From positions 35,897 to 99,896 of IMG/VR virus record IMGVR_UViG_3300035670_000085: DNA of 64,000 nt, one strand, 5' to 3'. A program made the translations under genes and the position numbers. The notes beneath the pieces are model-generated. The model did no database searches. It was not told the origin of the DNA and saw only the letters and a program-made list of their open reading frames with translations. Positions within the stretch are counted from its first letter, which is position 1. Every line of letters begins with the position of its first letter. Of the stretch, positions 38,639-49,200 are shown one piece after another. The DNA comes from a virus.

Positions 38639-40153
38639 ATGAGTATTAAAAAATTCTTATTCGTTGATTCGGATAGTTTTTATTCTGAATCGTCTGGAGC
38701 ATATGAAACTTCTGATTATATCAGCGGTACTGCTGGTGCGGGAGATGCAAATAAGCCTATTAAAACAAATCCTTCTGGTTTGTTAGATGCTACCTTTTTG
38801 CCATCTGTTGTAGTGAGGACAGATCAAGATTCAACTCTTGCTTCTGGAGTAACTATTGCTGTTAATCCGGCAACTACTTTTACAGCTAATGATCTTATTT
38901 CTAAATCTTATGCAGATGCTATTGCTGCTGGTTTTGGTCCTAAACGTTCTGTAAGAATAGCTACTGATGCAAACATAGACACATTTGTTTATGATAATGG
39001 GACTGATGGTGTTGGTGCAACATTAACAGCTCCTACAAATAATAGTTCTTATAACACTATGCAGTCAGTTTTATTGTCTGTTGGTGATAGGGTTTTAGTT
39101 AAAGACCAAACAGATACGTTTGAAAATGGTATTTACGCTGTAAGTGCATTGGGTAATGATTCTGACACATCTTTTACTTTGACAAGAGCAATTGACTTTG
39201 ATAATAATCCAGATGGAGAAATTCGTCCTGGTGATTATACTTTCGTCATTGAAGGTACAAAAGCCGATCTCGGTTTTGTTCAGATAGATTTTACAACTAG
39301 TGATGTTGTTGGAACAGATCCTATCACTTTTACTGAATTTATGTCTCCGACTGTTTATGTTGCTGGCGACGGTATTGATATTGCCGGAACAACTATATCA
39401 GTAGATGTAACTGATTTTATTGATACCACGTATGGATTAACAGAAAGTTCAAATGATATTCGAGTTAATCTTGATTCTGCTGGTGGTCTTGGTTTTGATT
39501 CTATAAATTATGGTATTGAAGTAGTACCGGATGTAACAACTGGGGCAACTGTTGCTCCTGTGACTGTTGGAGCAAATGGAGTTGGTGTAACTGTAGATAA
39601 TAGTACTATTGGCCATACTTCTGGAACTTTGGGAGTTAAAGCTGATGGTATAAACGACACTCATATCAATTGGGGTACTGGTGCTAATCAAGTATCTGCA
39701 GTTGATGTTCCAATCGCTGATGCCGGCGGGTATACTACTCAAACTGAAGTTGAAGGAGCATTACAAGAAATTTATGGAATGTTGGCTGAAAGTGGTGCTG
39801 AAACTTTTACTGTTGGTGCTGGTGGAGTTACCAAAGGTGATTTAGTTTATGTAAGTGCAAATGATACTGTAAATAAACTTGATATAGATGATTCAGAATA
39901 TGGTATTGGTTTAGCAATGGCAACTATTGGAGCAGGTAGTTCAGTGAAAGTTGTTCAAGATGATACTATTCTTGAAGGAGTTCTTACTGGAGCTATAGCA
40001 GGAGCTAAATATTACTGGTCATGGGATGGTTCAACTGGTGGTATAACTGCAACAGCACCCACTGCATCCGGTAAATCTGTATGGCAAATTGGTATAGCTA
40101 AAAATGCAACAGATTTGTATGTAGAAATAAGATTCATAACAAAACGGTCTTAA
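38639..40153 (+). CDS. Virion fibre/decoration protein (module A gene 3)
   Basis: KRSV-x2-AT...GDRVLVKDQT...ENGIY...LTR-x2-D domain, AGDGI shaft, cement-like C-terminus; paralog of 44611. Confidence 0.7.
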   Translation: MSIKKFLFVDSDSFYSESSGAYETSDYISGTAGAGDANKPIKTNPSGLLDATFLPSVVVRTDQDSTLASGVTIAVNPATTFTANDLISKSYADAIAAGFGPKRSVRIATDANIDTFVYDNGTDGVGATLTAPTNNSSYNTMQSVLLSVGDRVLVKDQTDTFENGIYAVSALGNDSDTSFTLTRAIDFDNNPDGEIRPGDYTFVIEGTKADLGFVQIDFTTSDVVGTDPITFTEFMSPTVYVAGDGIDIAGTTISVDVTDFIDTTYGLTESSNDIRVNLDSAGGLGFDSINYGIEVVPDVTTGATVAPVTVGANGVGVTVDNSTIGHTSGTLGVKADGINDTHINWGTGANQVSAVDVPIADAGGYTTQTEVEGALQEIYGMLAESGAETFTVGAGGVTKGDLVYVSANDTVNKLDIDDSEYGIGLAMATIGAGSSVKVVQDDTILEGVLTGAIAGAKYYWSWDGSTGGITATAPTASGKSVWQIGIAKNATDLYVEIRFITKRS

Positions 40154-40161
40154 TATTAAAT

Positions 40162-40192
40162 AAACAGGGGAGGAACTCCACTCCTCTGTTTT
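40162..40192 (+). terminator. Intrinsic terminator
   Basis: AAACAGGGGAG/CTCCTCTGTTT stem. Confidence 0.75.
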
Positions 40193-40201
40193 GTAATTTT
40201 T

Positions 40202-40714
40202 ATGGATAATGTAAAACCATTAAAGTTGGAAACTTCTATCGATGGATCTCAAAATGATGAGTTTCAAACAGAAGTCAATTCATTAGAAGATTATATTACT
40301 GCTAAAGGTTTTTCATTTGAAAATTTAAAAACCCATTATATTGATTTAAAAGATAATGAAATAGCCTTTACGGATATAGTGAATGGAACTCTAAAAATTT
40401 CTGAAATAATGGGCGGTGGTGGTTTAACTGCTAATTCTCATAAAGCACTCGATCAGTTAGTTCATAATATATCAGAAACATGTTATGTAGAAATAAATAG
40501 AACCAATAATAAAATAAATTCTGTAATTTATTGGGATTCTATTTCTAAATTAAAAAAAATAAGAGAGGAATTAATAACATATTCATCAAATTTTATTTCT
40601 GAAGTCGTTACGAAACAATATGACAGTTCTGGTAGTCTTTCAGAAACCTTAACTGATACATATAATAGAGATGTTAATAATTTTGTTACGTCAATCACAT
40701 CTGTATTATCATGA
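40202..40714 (+). CDS. Virion protein (module A gene 4)
   Basis: First ~70 aa homologous to the N-terminus of 46297-50223. Confidence 0.6.
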   Translation: MDNVKPLKLETSIDGSQNDEFQTEVNSLEDYITAKGFSFENLKTHYIDLKDNEIAFTDIVNGTLKISEIMGGGGLTANSHKALDQLVHNISETCYVEINRTNNKINSVIYWDSISKLKKIREELITYSSNFISEVVTKQYDSSGSLSETLTDTYNRDVNNFVTSITSVLS

Positions 40715-40724
40715 GGTATTTATT

Positions 40725-41396
40725 ATGTTTTTTAAATGGATAAATCAAAAACTTGCAGAAAAATTTAAAAAAGAGACTAAACCATCTGCTCATAGAGAAA
40801 TGACTTTAGAATCCTATCAAAGATTTCAATCTAATGGTGAAGGAATTTATTATTGCAATGTAAAAGGAAAATCAAATACAATAACTGCTAAACTTATAGA
40901 ATTTTTTGCTCATAAATTAACACATAGTTTTGCTGTTCTTTTTTCAAATGATTTAAGGAGTTGGTTCACTGACGAACAATGGAAAAAATTATGTGATAGA
41001 TGGAATTATCATTATGGTGTCACAACTGGTATTCCTTCAACAGTAAAAGCATTAATTTTAGGTTCTGCAGATCAAGATGGTATAAATATAATGGATTATT
41101 CTGCATATCAAAGTAGAGAACATTCTATTAGAAAAGCACCATTAAATTCAATACAAATTAAAAAACTTCTTGAGTTTGTATGTCAAGATAAGATATTAAA
41201 TGCTAATTATGATTATGTTGGTCTTGCATTACATTTAATTTCTAGGAAATTGCAAGATAAAACTGCATGGTATTGTTCTGAGTTGGTATATGATTCTTTT
41301 ATGGCAATAGGAGTTAAAACTGCAAAAAAACCATATCCTACTCCATATGAGCTCGAATGCTATAATAAAGAATGGATAATTTGGAGTAATCTTTAG
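40725..41396 (+). CDS. Permuted papain-like (YiiX/NlpC-P60) hydrolase
   Basis: THSFAV precedes YDY and WYCSELV, then PTP-x-EL. Confidence 0.75.
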   Translation: MFFKWINQKLAEKFKKETKPSAHREMTLESYQRFQSNGEGIYYCNVKGKSNTITAKLIEFFAHKLTHSFAVLFSNDLRSWFTDEQWKKLCDRWNYHYGVTTGIPSTVKALILGSADQDGINIMDYSAYQSREHSIRKAPLNSIQIKKLLEFVCQDKILNANYDYVGLALHLISRKLQDKTAWYCSELVYDSFMAIGVKTAKKPYPTPYELECYNKEWIIWSNL

Positions 41397-41448
41397 TTTA
41401 TAAAGATTATGAAAATTTTAAATAGATTTTAATAAGGGATTAAAAAAG

Positions 41449-41462
41449 TATACTAATAAATA
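41449..41462 (+). promoter_or_regulatory. Late promoter
   Basis: Exact motif. Confidence 0.8.
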
Positions 41463-41486
41463 TATTTAATTTTAATGAGGCAAAGT

Positions 41487-41900
41487 ATGAAGAGATACAA
41501 AAGACTTTTTGAACAAGAAGATATGGTTGTTAAACCAGAAGAAGAAATTAACGAACCAGAAATGGATTTAAAACAACAAACACAAGATGCAGTTATTGAA
41601 AATCCAATGGTTGAAGAAGATGATGAAGAAATTAATTTCGAAGATGAGAATGAAGAAGAATTTAATTTTGAAGAAGAAGACGAAACCCTTCCAGAAATAG
41701 AAGATGATGAAGAGGAATTCAATTTTGAAGAAGAAGACGATGATGAAATTCTTCCTGAATTAGAAGATGAAGAAGAATTTAATCTTGAAGAAGAAGATTC
41801 TGAATTTCCAATCATTAATTTTGAAGAGGAAGATGATGATGAAATTCTTCCTGAATTAGAAGATGAAGATGAAATTCAAGAACCAGAAATAGTACAATAA
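41487..41900 (+). CDS. Leader-bearing hyper-acidic repeat protein (prohead core-like)
   Basis: MKRYKRLFE; repeats of EEFNFEEEDDDEILPELEDE. Confidence 0.7.
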   Translation: MKRYKRLFEQEDMVVKPEEEINEPEMDLKQQTQDAVIENPMVEEDDEEINFEDENEEEFNFEEEDETLPEIEDDEEEFNFEEEDDDEILPELEDEEEFNLEEEDSEFPIINFEEEDDDEILPELEDEDEIQEPEIVQ

Positions 41901-41913
41901 TTTAAGGTAATAA

Positions 41914-43068
41914 ATGTCATTTAATATAGTAGAAGGAATTGTCCGTGTTTCTGATGATAACGGCAATTTAGTAACTTCACAAGATAATGGTTCTCAAAGA
42001 GCATTAGATATTGGAGTTACTGTAGAGGGTAATCAAATTGACCCAAGACAAATTAGACAAATAACTACTTCTGATGAAATAACTGTACAGCAAGGAGGTA
42101 TCTGGGATATTAATAATATTTCGGGTACTGTCTCTTTACCTACTGGAGCTTCTACAGCAGCTAATCAGATAACAACTAATAGTAAGCTTGACACATTACA
42201 CATAGATATAACCACAACACAGCCAAGAAAATTACAGGATGGTTCTGGTAATGTTATAACTTCTCAAATATCTGGTTCTCAACGTGCTCTGGATATTGGA
42301 GTTAATGTTGGTGGCGTTCAAGTTGATCCAAGACAAATTAGAGCTTTAATTTCTTCAGATATTATAACTGCAAATCAAGGGGGAGTTTGGAACATCACTA
42401 ATATTTCTGGAGAAGTTTCTTTGCCTACTGGTGCAGCCACTTCCGCCAATCAATTAACTACTCATGCTAAATTAGACACAGTTAATTCTAATTTAACAAC
42501 TATTGATTCCGACATTAAAGCTTCTCAACCTCGTAAATTACAAGATGGAAATGGCAACATAGTAACTTCTACGATTGTTGGATCAACACGATCATTAGAT
42601 GTTAATATTTCTGCCTCTGCTGATTCTGGAGTATGGATTCGAGATGGAATAAATGCTTCATTTAAAGCAAAAGTTGACGGTTCTGGAAATCTATATATGG
42701 TTACTCCAACACCAGAAGCTCCAGCAGGGAAAACATCAATAGTAGATACAAAACAAGGGGATGTAACCGGTACTTCCGATAGTTTTACAATAATACCTTC
42801 TGGATTTGCAATTACAATACAAAGATTAAAAGCCGGTTCTGAAGTAGATACTGTTGCAGGAAGTAAAGTTGAACTACATTATGCTCCTAATGGAACTACT
42901 GTTGGAACTATTCTTATTGATGCGGTATATGTAAACGGAGATAGTGACCATTCTGATTTAAATTATATAACTGAAATTGGAAATGGCACTAAAGCTATTT
43001 TACTTCGTAGACAAAGATTAGGCGGTGGCGCAGTAGAAATATTCGGTAAATGGGAAGGATACTATTAA
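41914..43068 (+). CDS. Virion structural protein with about 2.5 internal repeats
   Basis: GN-x2-TSQ..GSQRALDIGV...DPRQIR...NISG-x-VSLPTGA repeated. Confidence 0.65.
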   Translation: MSFNIVEGIVRVSDDNGNLVTSQDNGSQRALDIGVTVEGNQIDPRQIRQITTSDEITVQQGGIWDINNISGTVSLPTGASTAANQITTNSKLDTLHIDITTTQPRKLQDGSGNVITSQISGSQRALDIGVNVGGVQVDPRQIRALISSDIITANQGGVWNITNISGEVSLPTGAATSANQLTTHAKLDTVNSNLTTIDSDIKASQPRKLQDGNGNIVTSTIVGSTRSLDVNISASADSGVWIRDGINASFKAKVDGSGNLYMVTPTPEAPAGKTSIVDTKQGDVTGTSDSFTIIPSGFAITIQRLKAGSEVDTVAGSKVELHYAPNGTTVGTILIDAVYVNGDSDHSDLNYITEIGNGTKAILLRRQRLGGGAVEIFGKWEGYY

Positions 43069-43749
43069 ATGAAATTATCATATTCGTCAATAATATCAAC
43101 AGTTACTTCTAAAAATTTAAGACTACAATATACAACAATACCAAGTGGTGGTTATTATATATATGCATGGGATGGATCACAATATTATGATAGTACAATA
43201 ATTGATTCGTCAGATATAACAAATTTTGAAACAAATTATAAATCTTCTTGCAATAAAAAAATTAATCCTATAGAGACGGGCACTGGTTGGTTAAAAGTTA
43301 GACCCAGAAAAGCGTCTGGGGACATTCAATTAAAATATATTTATTTTACTTCTGCAACATCTAATAATTTTGATGATGCTGGAGATTCTGATTATACAAT
43401 TTCTATAAATGAGGCTCATACTAAAACAATTATAGATTTTATGCCTGATTATGATTATGAACTTGCTGGAGGAAGATTAAGAGCTCTTTCTTCTTCTATA
43501 GCTAATAACACAATATCATTAAATTTCATAATGGCTCCGGATATACCAGAAGCATATAGTGGTAACTATTACATTATCACAAATAAACATATAGATGACG
43601 ATGAAAAATTTTTTGTAATGAATGAAGAACCTAAATGTATGTTATATGACCCTTTAGTTCCGCAAGCATCAAAAGTGAGGTTAGAAATCAATCATTCTGT
43701 CGATGAGCAGATTTCGTTTGAGTATAATTTAAAAATATATAGGATTTAG
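43069..43749 (+). CDS. Hypothetical virion-associated protein
   Basis: Coupled ORF in a structural operon. Confidence 0.5.
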   Translation: MKLSYSSIISTVTSKNLRLQYTTIPSGGYYIYAWDGSQYYDSTIIDSSDITNFETNYKSSCNKKINPIETGTGWLKVRPRKASGDIQLKYIYFTSATSNNFDDAGDSDYTISINEAHTKTIIDFMPDYDYELAGGRLRALSSSIANNTISLNFIMAPDIPEAYSGNYYIITNKHIDDDEKFFVMNEEPKCMLYDPLVPQASKVRLEINHSVDEQISFEYNLKIYRI

Positions 43750-43757
43750 TTAATAGA

Positions 43758-44180
43758 ATGAGTACTGTAATACTAACTCGTTCTGTAAATGCTGGAAGAA
43801 CGATCCATGTTAATGATGAAGAATCATTAAGAATTGTTAGAGAATTTGATTGTGATAGTAGTACGTTAGTAGGTCAACCTGTTATTTTATCTTCAACTGA
43901 AATAAATAAAGTAATTGTACCAAATAATAATTTTGATGTTATGCCTATTTTTGGCATAGTTGAATCAAAAATAACAGCAACAACCTGTAAAGTTATCACT
44001 CATGGATATAGTGACGTTACGTTTACTGGACTAGTTAAAAATAAAAATATTTTTTTATCTTCGGATGGGGCATTAACTACAGATGTTCCATTAAGTGGTT
44101 ATATGCAGATATTAGGTATTGCATATGAAGATAATAAAATGTATGTTAATATTGGTTTACAGATTACGTTAATGGGATAA
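43758..44180 (+). CDS. Decoration/cement-like protein (module B gene 1)
   Basis: Paralog of 37501. Confidence 0.6.
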   Translation: MSTVILTRSVNAGRTIHVNDEESLRIVREFDCDSSTLVGQPVILSSTEINKVIVPNNNFDVMPIFGIVESKITATTCKVITHGYSDVTFTGLVKNKNIFLSSDGALTTDVPLSGYMQILGIAYEDNKMYVNIGLQITLMG

Positions 44181-44189
44181 GGTATTTAT

Positions 44190-44600
44190 ATGGGCAGAAA
44201 AAAAGTAATAAAAGTTGAAGCAGAAATGGTCAAAATTGATTCTCTCAAACTCTTAAAAGAAGAGTTATTAGAGTTGAAATTGGATAAAGCGGAAACAAGA
44301 GAAAAAGAATTAGAAATGGAATTGAAAAAGAAAGACTATTCAATTAAAGCACTTGAATTAAAAATTATGGATTTGCAAAATAAATTGCAAAGAATAGAAG
44401 AAGAAAAAAAGATTCAAGAAATGAAAGCGGTATTAGTCTCAATTGATAATGAAGTTGCTAATTTAAAAAAACATGTAGAAGATAAATATAAAGAACATAT
44501 TCCATTAATGAAAAAAATAGCTGAAAATCATAATATAGGAGAAGATGTTAGGTGGGGTTTTGATCCCCGTAGTGGTGAAATTAAAATAATAGATAAATAA
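44190..44600 (+). CDS. Coiled-coil protein (module B gene 2)
   Basis: Paralog of 38193. Confidence 0.6.
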   Translation: MGRKKVIKVEAEMVKIDSLKLLKEELLELKLDKAETREKELEMELKKKDYSIKALELKIMDLQNKLQRIEEEKKIQEMKAVLVSIDNEVANLKKHVEDKYKEHIPLMKKIAENHNIGEDVRWGFDPRSGEIKIIDK

Positions 44601-44610
44601 GAGGTATTAT

Positions 44611-46233
44611 ATGGCTACAAGTCAAAAATATATAATTGTAAATACAACTACTGGCCGGTATGAAGTTGAAAATACTTATGCGGCTGCTGATTTATTTGCA
44701 AAAGATGAATACATAAGTGGTACATCGGGAGCAGGAGATGCCGATAAACCGATTAAAACCAACGTGTCTGGATTATTGGATTCTACTTTTCTTCCTTCAG
44801 TAGTAGTAAGAACAGACCAAGATTCAACATTAGCTTCAGGTGTAACTATTGCCGTTGATGCAGCAACAACATTTACTGCTAATGATTTGATTTCTAAAGC
44901 ATATGCTGATTCTATAGCAGCAGGATTTGGTCCTAAAAGATCTGTAACATTAGCCACCGATGCTAATATTGATACATTCGTATACGATAATGGTACTTCT
45001 GGTGTTGGTGCTACATTAACAGCTCCAACAAACAATAGTTCCTATAATACAATGCAGACAGTATTATTAGTTGTTGGAGATCGTGTTTTGGTTAAAGATC
45101 AAACAGATACATTTGAAAATGGTATCTATGCAGTTAGCGCACTTGGTAATGATTCGGATACATCATTTACGTTAACACGTTCTGATGATTTTGATAATAA
45201 TCCCGATGGAGAAATTAGACCAGGCGATTATACATTTGCAGTATCTGGAACAAATGCAAATAGAGGGTATTATCAAGTTGATTTTACAACTGGAGATGCA
45301 GTTGGTACTGATCCTATTACTTTCTCAGAATTTATGGCACCGGCAGTATATACCGCTGGAGATGGTATCGATATAGCTGCTAATTCTATATCTGTAGATG
45401 TTACTGATATAATTGATACAAATTATGGTTTGACTGAAAATGCTAATGATATTAGAATTAATCTTGAATCCGACGGTGGTTTACAATTCGATGCGTCTAA
45501 TAAAGGAATAGAAATTAAATCAGATTCTATAACTGCTAATACAATTGCTATTACAACTACTGCAAATGGAGCTGGAGTAAAATATGATAACACTAAAGGT
45601 TTAGGGGAAACATCTGAAACATTAGAAGTTAAATTAAATCCTGCTGGAGCATTAGAATTTGATGTTACTTCTGGAACTATTGGAGTAAATGTTGATAATA
45701 GTTCAATTGAAATTAATGGTTCAAATGAAATTCAAGTAAAAGCAGACGGTATTAAAGATACTATGATAGATTGGGGAATAGGAGCAAGTCAAGTATCTGC
45801 TGCTGATATGCCAATAGCTGATACTGGTGACGTATTTACAGCAACTGATGTTGAAGCTGCTTTGCTTGAACTCTATAATGGTATTGGTTCTACAACTTAT
45901 ACAACCGACGGTACTGGAGTAACTGCAGGAGATGTTGTATATATTTCAGCAAATAATATTGTATCAAAATGGTCAGATATCACATCAAATCAGTACATAG
46001 TTGGTATTGCTGCTGAAACAAAAGGTGCTGGTGTAGCAGTTAGAGTATTGTGGTCTGGAGAAATTATTACTGGAATTCTTACTGGAGCAACTGCTGGAAA
46101 CGAATACTACTGGAGTGGTTCAGCTTGGGTAACAACATTTCCTTCAACAGCCGGGGGATATGTTTATCAAGTTGGTGTTGCTAAAAATGCTACTGATGCG
46201 GTAGTTCAAATCGAGTTTATAGTTCAAAACTAA
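44611..46233 (+). CDS. Virion fibre/decoration protein (module B gene 3)
   Basis: Highly similar to 38639-40153 over about 260 aa. Confidence 0.7.
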   Translation: MATSQKYIIVNTTTGRYEVENTYAAADLFAKDEYISGTSGAGDADKPIKTNVSGLLDSTFLPSVVVRTDQDSTLASGVTIAVDAATTFTANDLISKAYADSIAAGFGPKRSVTLATDANIDTFVYDNGTSGVGATLTAPTNNSSYNTMQTVLLVVGDRVLVKDQTDTFENGIYAVSALGNDSDTSFTLTRSDDFDNNPDGEIRPGDYTFAVSGTNANRGYYQVDFTTGDAVGTDPITFSEFMAPAVYTAGDGIDIAANSISVDVTDIIDTNYGLTENANDIRINLESDGGLQFDASNKGIEIKSDSITANTIAITTTANGAGVKYDNTKGLGETSETLEVKLNPAGALEFDVTSGTIGVNVDNSSIEINGSNEIQVKADGIKDTMIDWGIGASQVSAADMPIADTGDVFTATDVEAALLELYNGIGSTTYTTDGTGVTAGDVVYISANNIVSKWSDITSNQYIVGIAAETKGAGVAVRVLWSGEIITGILTGATAGNEYYWSGSAWVTTFPSTAGGYVYQVGVAKNATDAVVQIEFIVQN

Positions 46234-46245
46234 TAAATAAATACT

Positions 46246-46282
46246 AATTAGTGGAGGAGATTAATCTCCTCCACTAATTTTT
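46246..46282 (+). terminator. Intrinsic terminator (perfect 34-bp palindrome)
   Basis: AATTAGTGGAGGAGA-TTAA-TCTCCTCCACTAATT then Ts. Confidence 0.85.
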
Positions 46283-46296
46283 GTATATGGTATTAT

Positions 46297-49200
46297 ATGG
46301 ATAGAGTTAGAGTATTTAAGTTAGAAAATCCTACCAATGGAACTGAAAATAATCGTAGACAACAATTATTAGATTTTAATGAAGATTATATTGCTGTAAA
46401 AGGTATATCTTTTGAAAATCTTGAATCAAGTTCTATCGATATAGTTAGTGGAACCTCTGGAACAGATATTCAATTTAAAGATACCGTAAATGGTACAATT
46501 AAATTATCAGAATTAGTAGATCGGGGATTTTCAACTTATACAACTACATCTTCTGCTGAAACTGCTACTGGATCAGATAATGATTTATGTTATGTTGTGG
46601 AAACTGAAACATTCTATCGATATGAAGCAACTGGGTCTTCTTATACCGATGATAATAAATGGGTTCTCTCTACTGGAAATGGCGGAACTACTCGATGGAT
46701 TGGAATAGCAGGTAAATATATTTACACTACTTCAAATGCTTTTTATGGTTTTAAATCTGCTATTTCTAATAGTTCTGGATTATATAATACCTCATTTGGA
46801 ATGAATAGTTTATATACTAATTCAACAGGAAGTTCAAATGTGGCGATTGGTCATAATGCATTATATGCAAACAATGATGATCAAAATACTGCAATTGGTA
46901 AAAGTGCAGGATCTCAAGCAACGAGCGGATATAATACATTTATAGGAGCTGGAAGTGCATATAATGTAACTTCTGGGGGGAATAATGTTGCTATAGGGTA
47001 TTCCGCACTTTATGGAGCAATATCCCCTACATTTGCTACAGGAACAAATAATGTAGCTATTGGATATGAATCTGCAAAATCAGTATCTACTGCTTCTCGA
47101 TTAGTATTTGCGGGATATCGTTCTGGATATACAAATACAACTGGAGCAGATAATATTTTTATTGGTTCAAGTTCTGGATATTCAAATAGTACTGGTGGTA
47201 ATATTATTGCTATTGGAACAAGTGCTCTATATTCTAATACCACTGGAAGTAATATAGCAATTGGTTATCAGGCTGGTTATTCAAATACTTCAGCAACATC
47301 AATAACATATATAGGACATCAAGCCGGTCAATATGCTACTGGTAATAGTAATATAGCGTTAGGTTTTCAAGCATATAAAGGAGTTAACGGACAAACAACT
47401 GGAACAAATAATACAACTATAGGCGCTAATGCTTTTTATGGTTTAACTTCTGGATCATACGGAATTGCTATAGGTTCTTCAGCTGGTTATACACTAACAA
47501 CCGGAACAGACAATATCGCTATAGGTTATAGAGCAGGATATTTAAATAGCACTGGAAATTATCAAATAGCTATTGGTACGGATGCACTTTATAATACTAC
47601 GTCATCAAACAACACAGCGGTGGGGTATAAAGCTGGAGAGTCAAACACCTCTGGTGGTTCGCATGTATTGATTGGTTACGAAGCTGGAAGATATTCTACT
47701 GGATCTTTATCCAATACTTATGTTGGAGATAGAGCTGGTAAGGGTGCAGCTGGAACGAACTCTGGATATTATAATACTGGTTTTGGCGGCGGAGCATTAC
47801 AATTAATAACTTCTGGCCATGATAATATGGCTATTGGGCAACAATCTTTGCAACAGTGTAGTTCGGGAAGTTATAATACCGCAGTTGGAACTAATTCTGG
47901 TATTTTTACTGGAACAGGAAGCTATAATACTTATATAGGGAACGCAACTGGACAGAATGTAACAAATTGTAGTAATAATATTTTCATTGGTGCAAGTTCC
48001 GGAGCTAGTTTTTATGGAACTTCTCAAACATTAGCATATAATATTGCAATTGGTCTTGGATCTTCGTCTTCATTAGTATCTAGTTCATATAATATTACAC
48101 TTGGTGCTAATACAGGATTAATCAATAATTATAATAATTATAATATACTTATTGGTCATGATGCTGGTAATAGTGTTCAGTCAGATAATAACGTTGCTAT
48201 TGGTTATCGCACATTAGGTTATAAAGGTACTTCAGCGGCTCAAGAGAGAAGTAGAGTTATAACTGTAGCTGATGTATCTGGTTCATTGGACGGAAAATAT
48301 TTTATTCTTTATTCTACAACTACCACATATTGGGTATGGTATGATGTTAATAATGGTTCAACTCCACCGAGTCCGTCTAGCGGAGAAACTTTAGTTGAAG
48401 TTGATATTAGTACTAATGCAACTGCAGCGACAGTAGCAACAAATACTAAAACGGCAATTAATGCAATTAGTGGAACACCCTTTTTAGCTTTTATAGAAGC
48501 GAGCGGGACAAATTATCTGGGTATTGTTTGCAAATTAGCAGGAAATAATACTAACACTACTGATGGGGCCGCACCAACTGGATTTACAATATCAACAGTA
48601 ATTGCTGGAGCAGGTACTTCAACAACTGGAGCAGATAATACTGCCATTGGTTATAAATCACTCTATAATTTAAGTTCTGGATATGGAAATGTAACTGGAG
48701 GATATCAAGCTGGCGATACAATCACGACTGGCTATAATAATATTATTTTTGGTTATGACGCTGATGTAAATGCAACTGTTTATAATACAATTGTTCTAGG
48801 TGCAAATGCATCAAGTACAGTAAATAATCAAATACTTATAGGAAATTCATCCCATACGACAGCTATTATAAAAGGAATTTATGGTAATGAAAACGGAGTA
48901 AATCCTTATGTAAGGGTGGGATCAGATGGGACATTATATGAAGATAATAATCCACCAACTGGAGGAAGTGGAGTAACCACATACACAACGGTTACAGCAG
49001 CAGAAGCAGCATCAGGCTCAGACAATGATATATGTTATGTAGTTGAAACTGAAACTTTCTATCGTTATGAATCTAGTGGATCATCATATACGGATGATAA
49101 CAAGTGGATTTTAAGCACTGGGGATGGAGGAGATACACGATGGATTGGGGTTAGTGGTAAATACACATACACAACAGATAATTTATTTTATGGTTTAGGT

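Noticed and set aside
38639-46233. Diversity-generating retroelement template/variable pair
   Set aside because: Both copies are full ORFs, differences are mostly synonymous at all bases rather than A-specific, and no reverse transcriptase is in the window.
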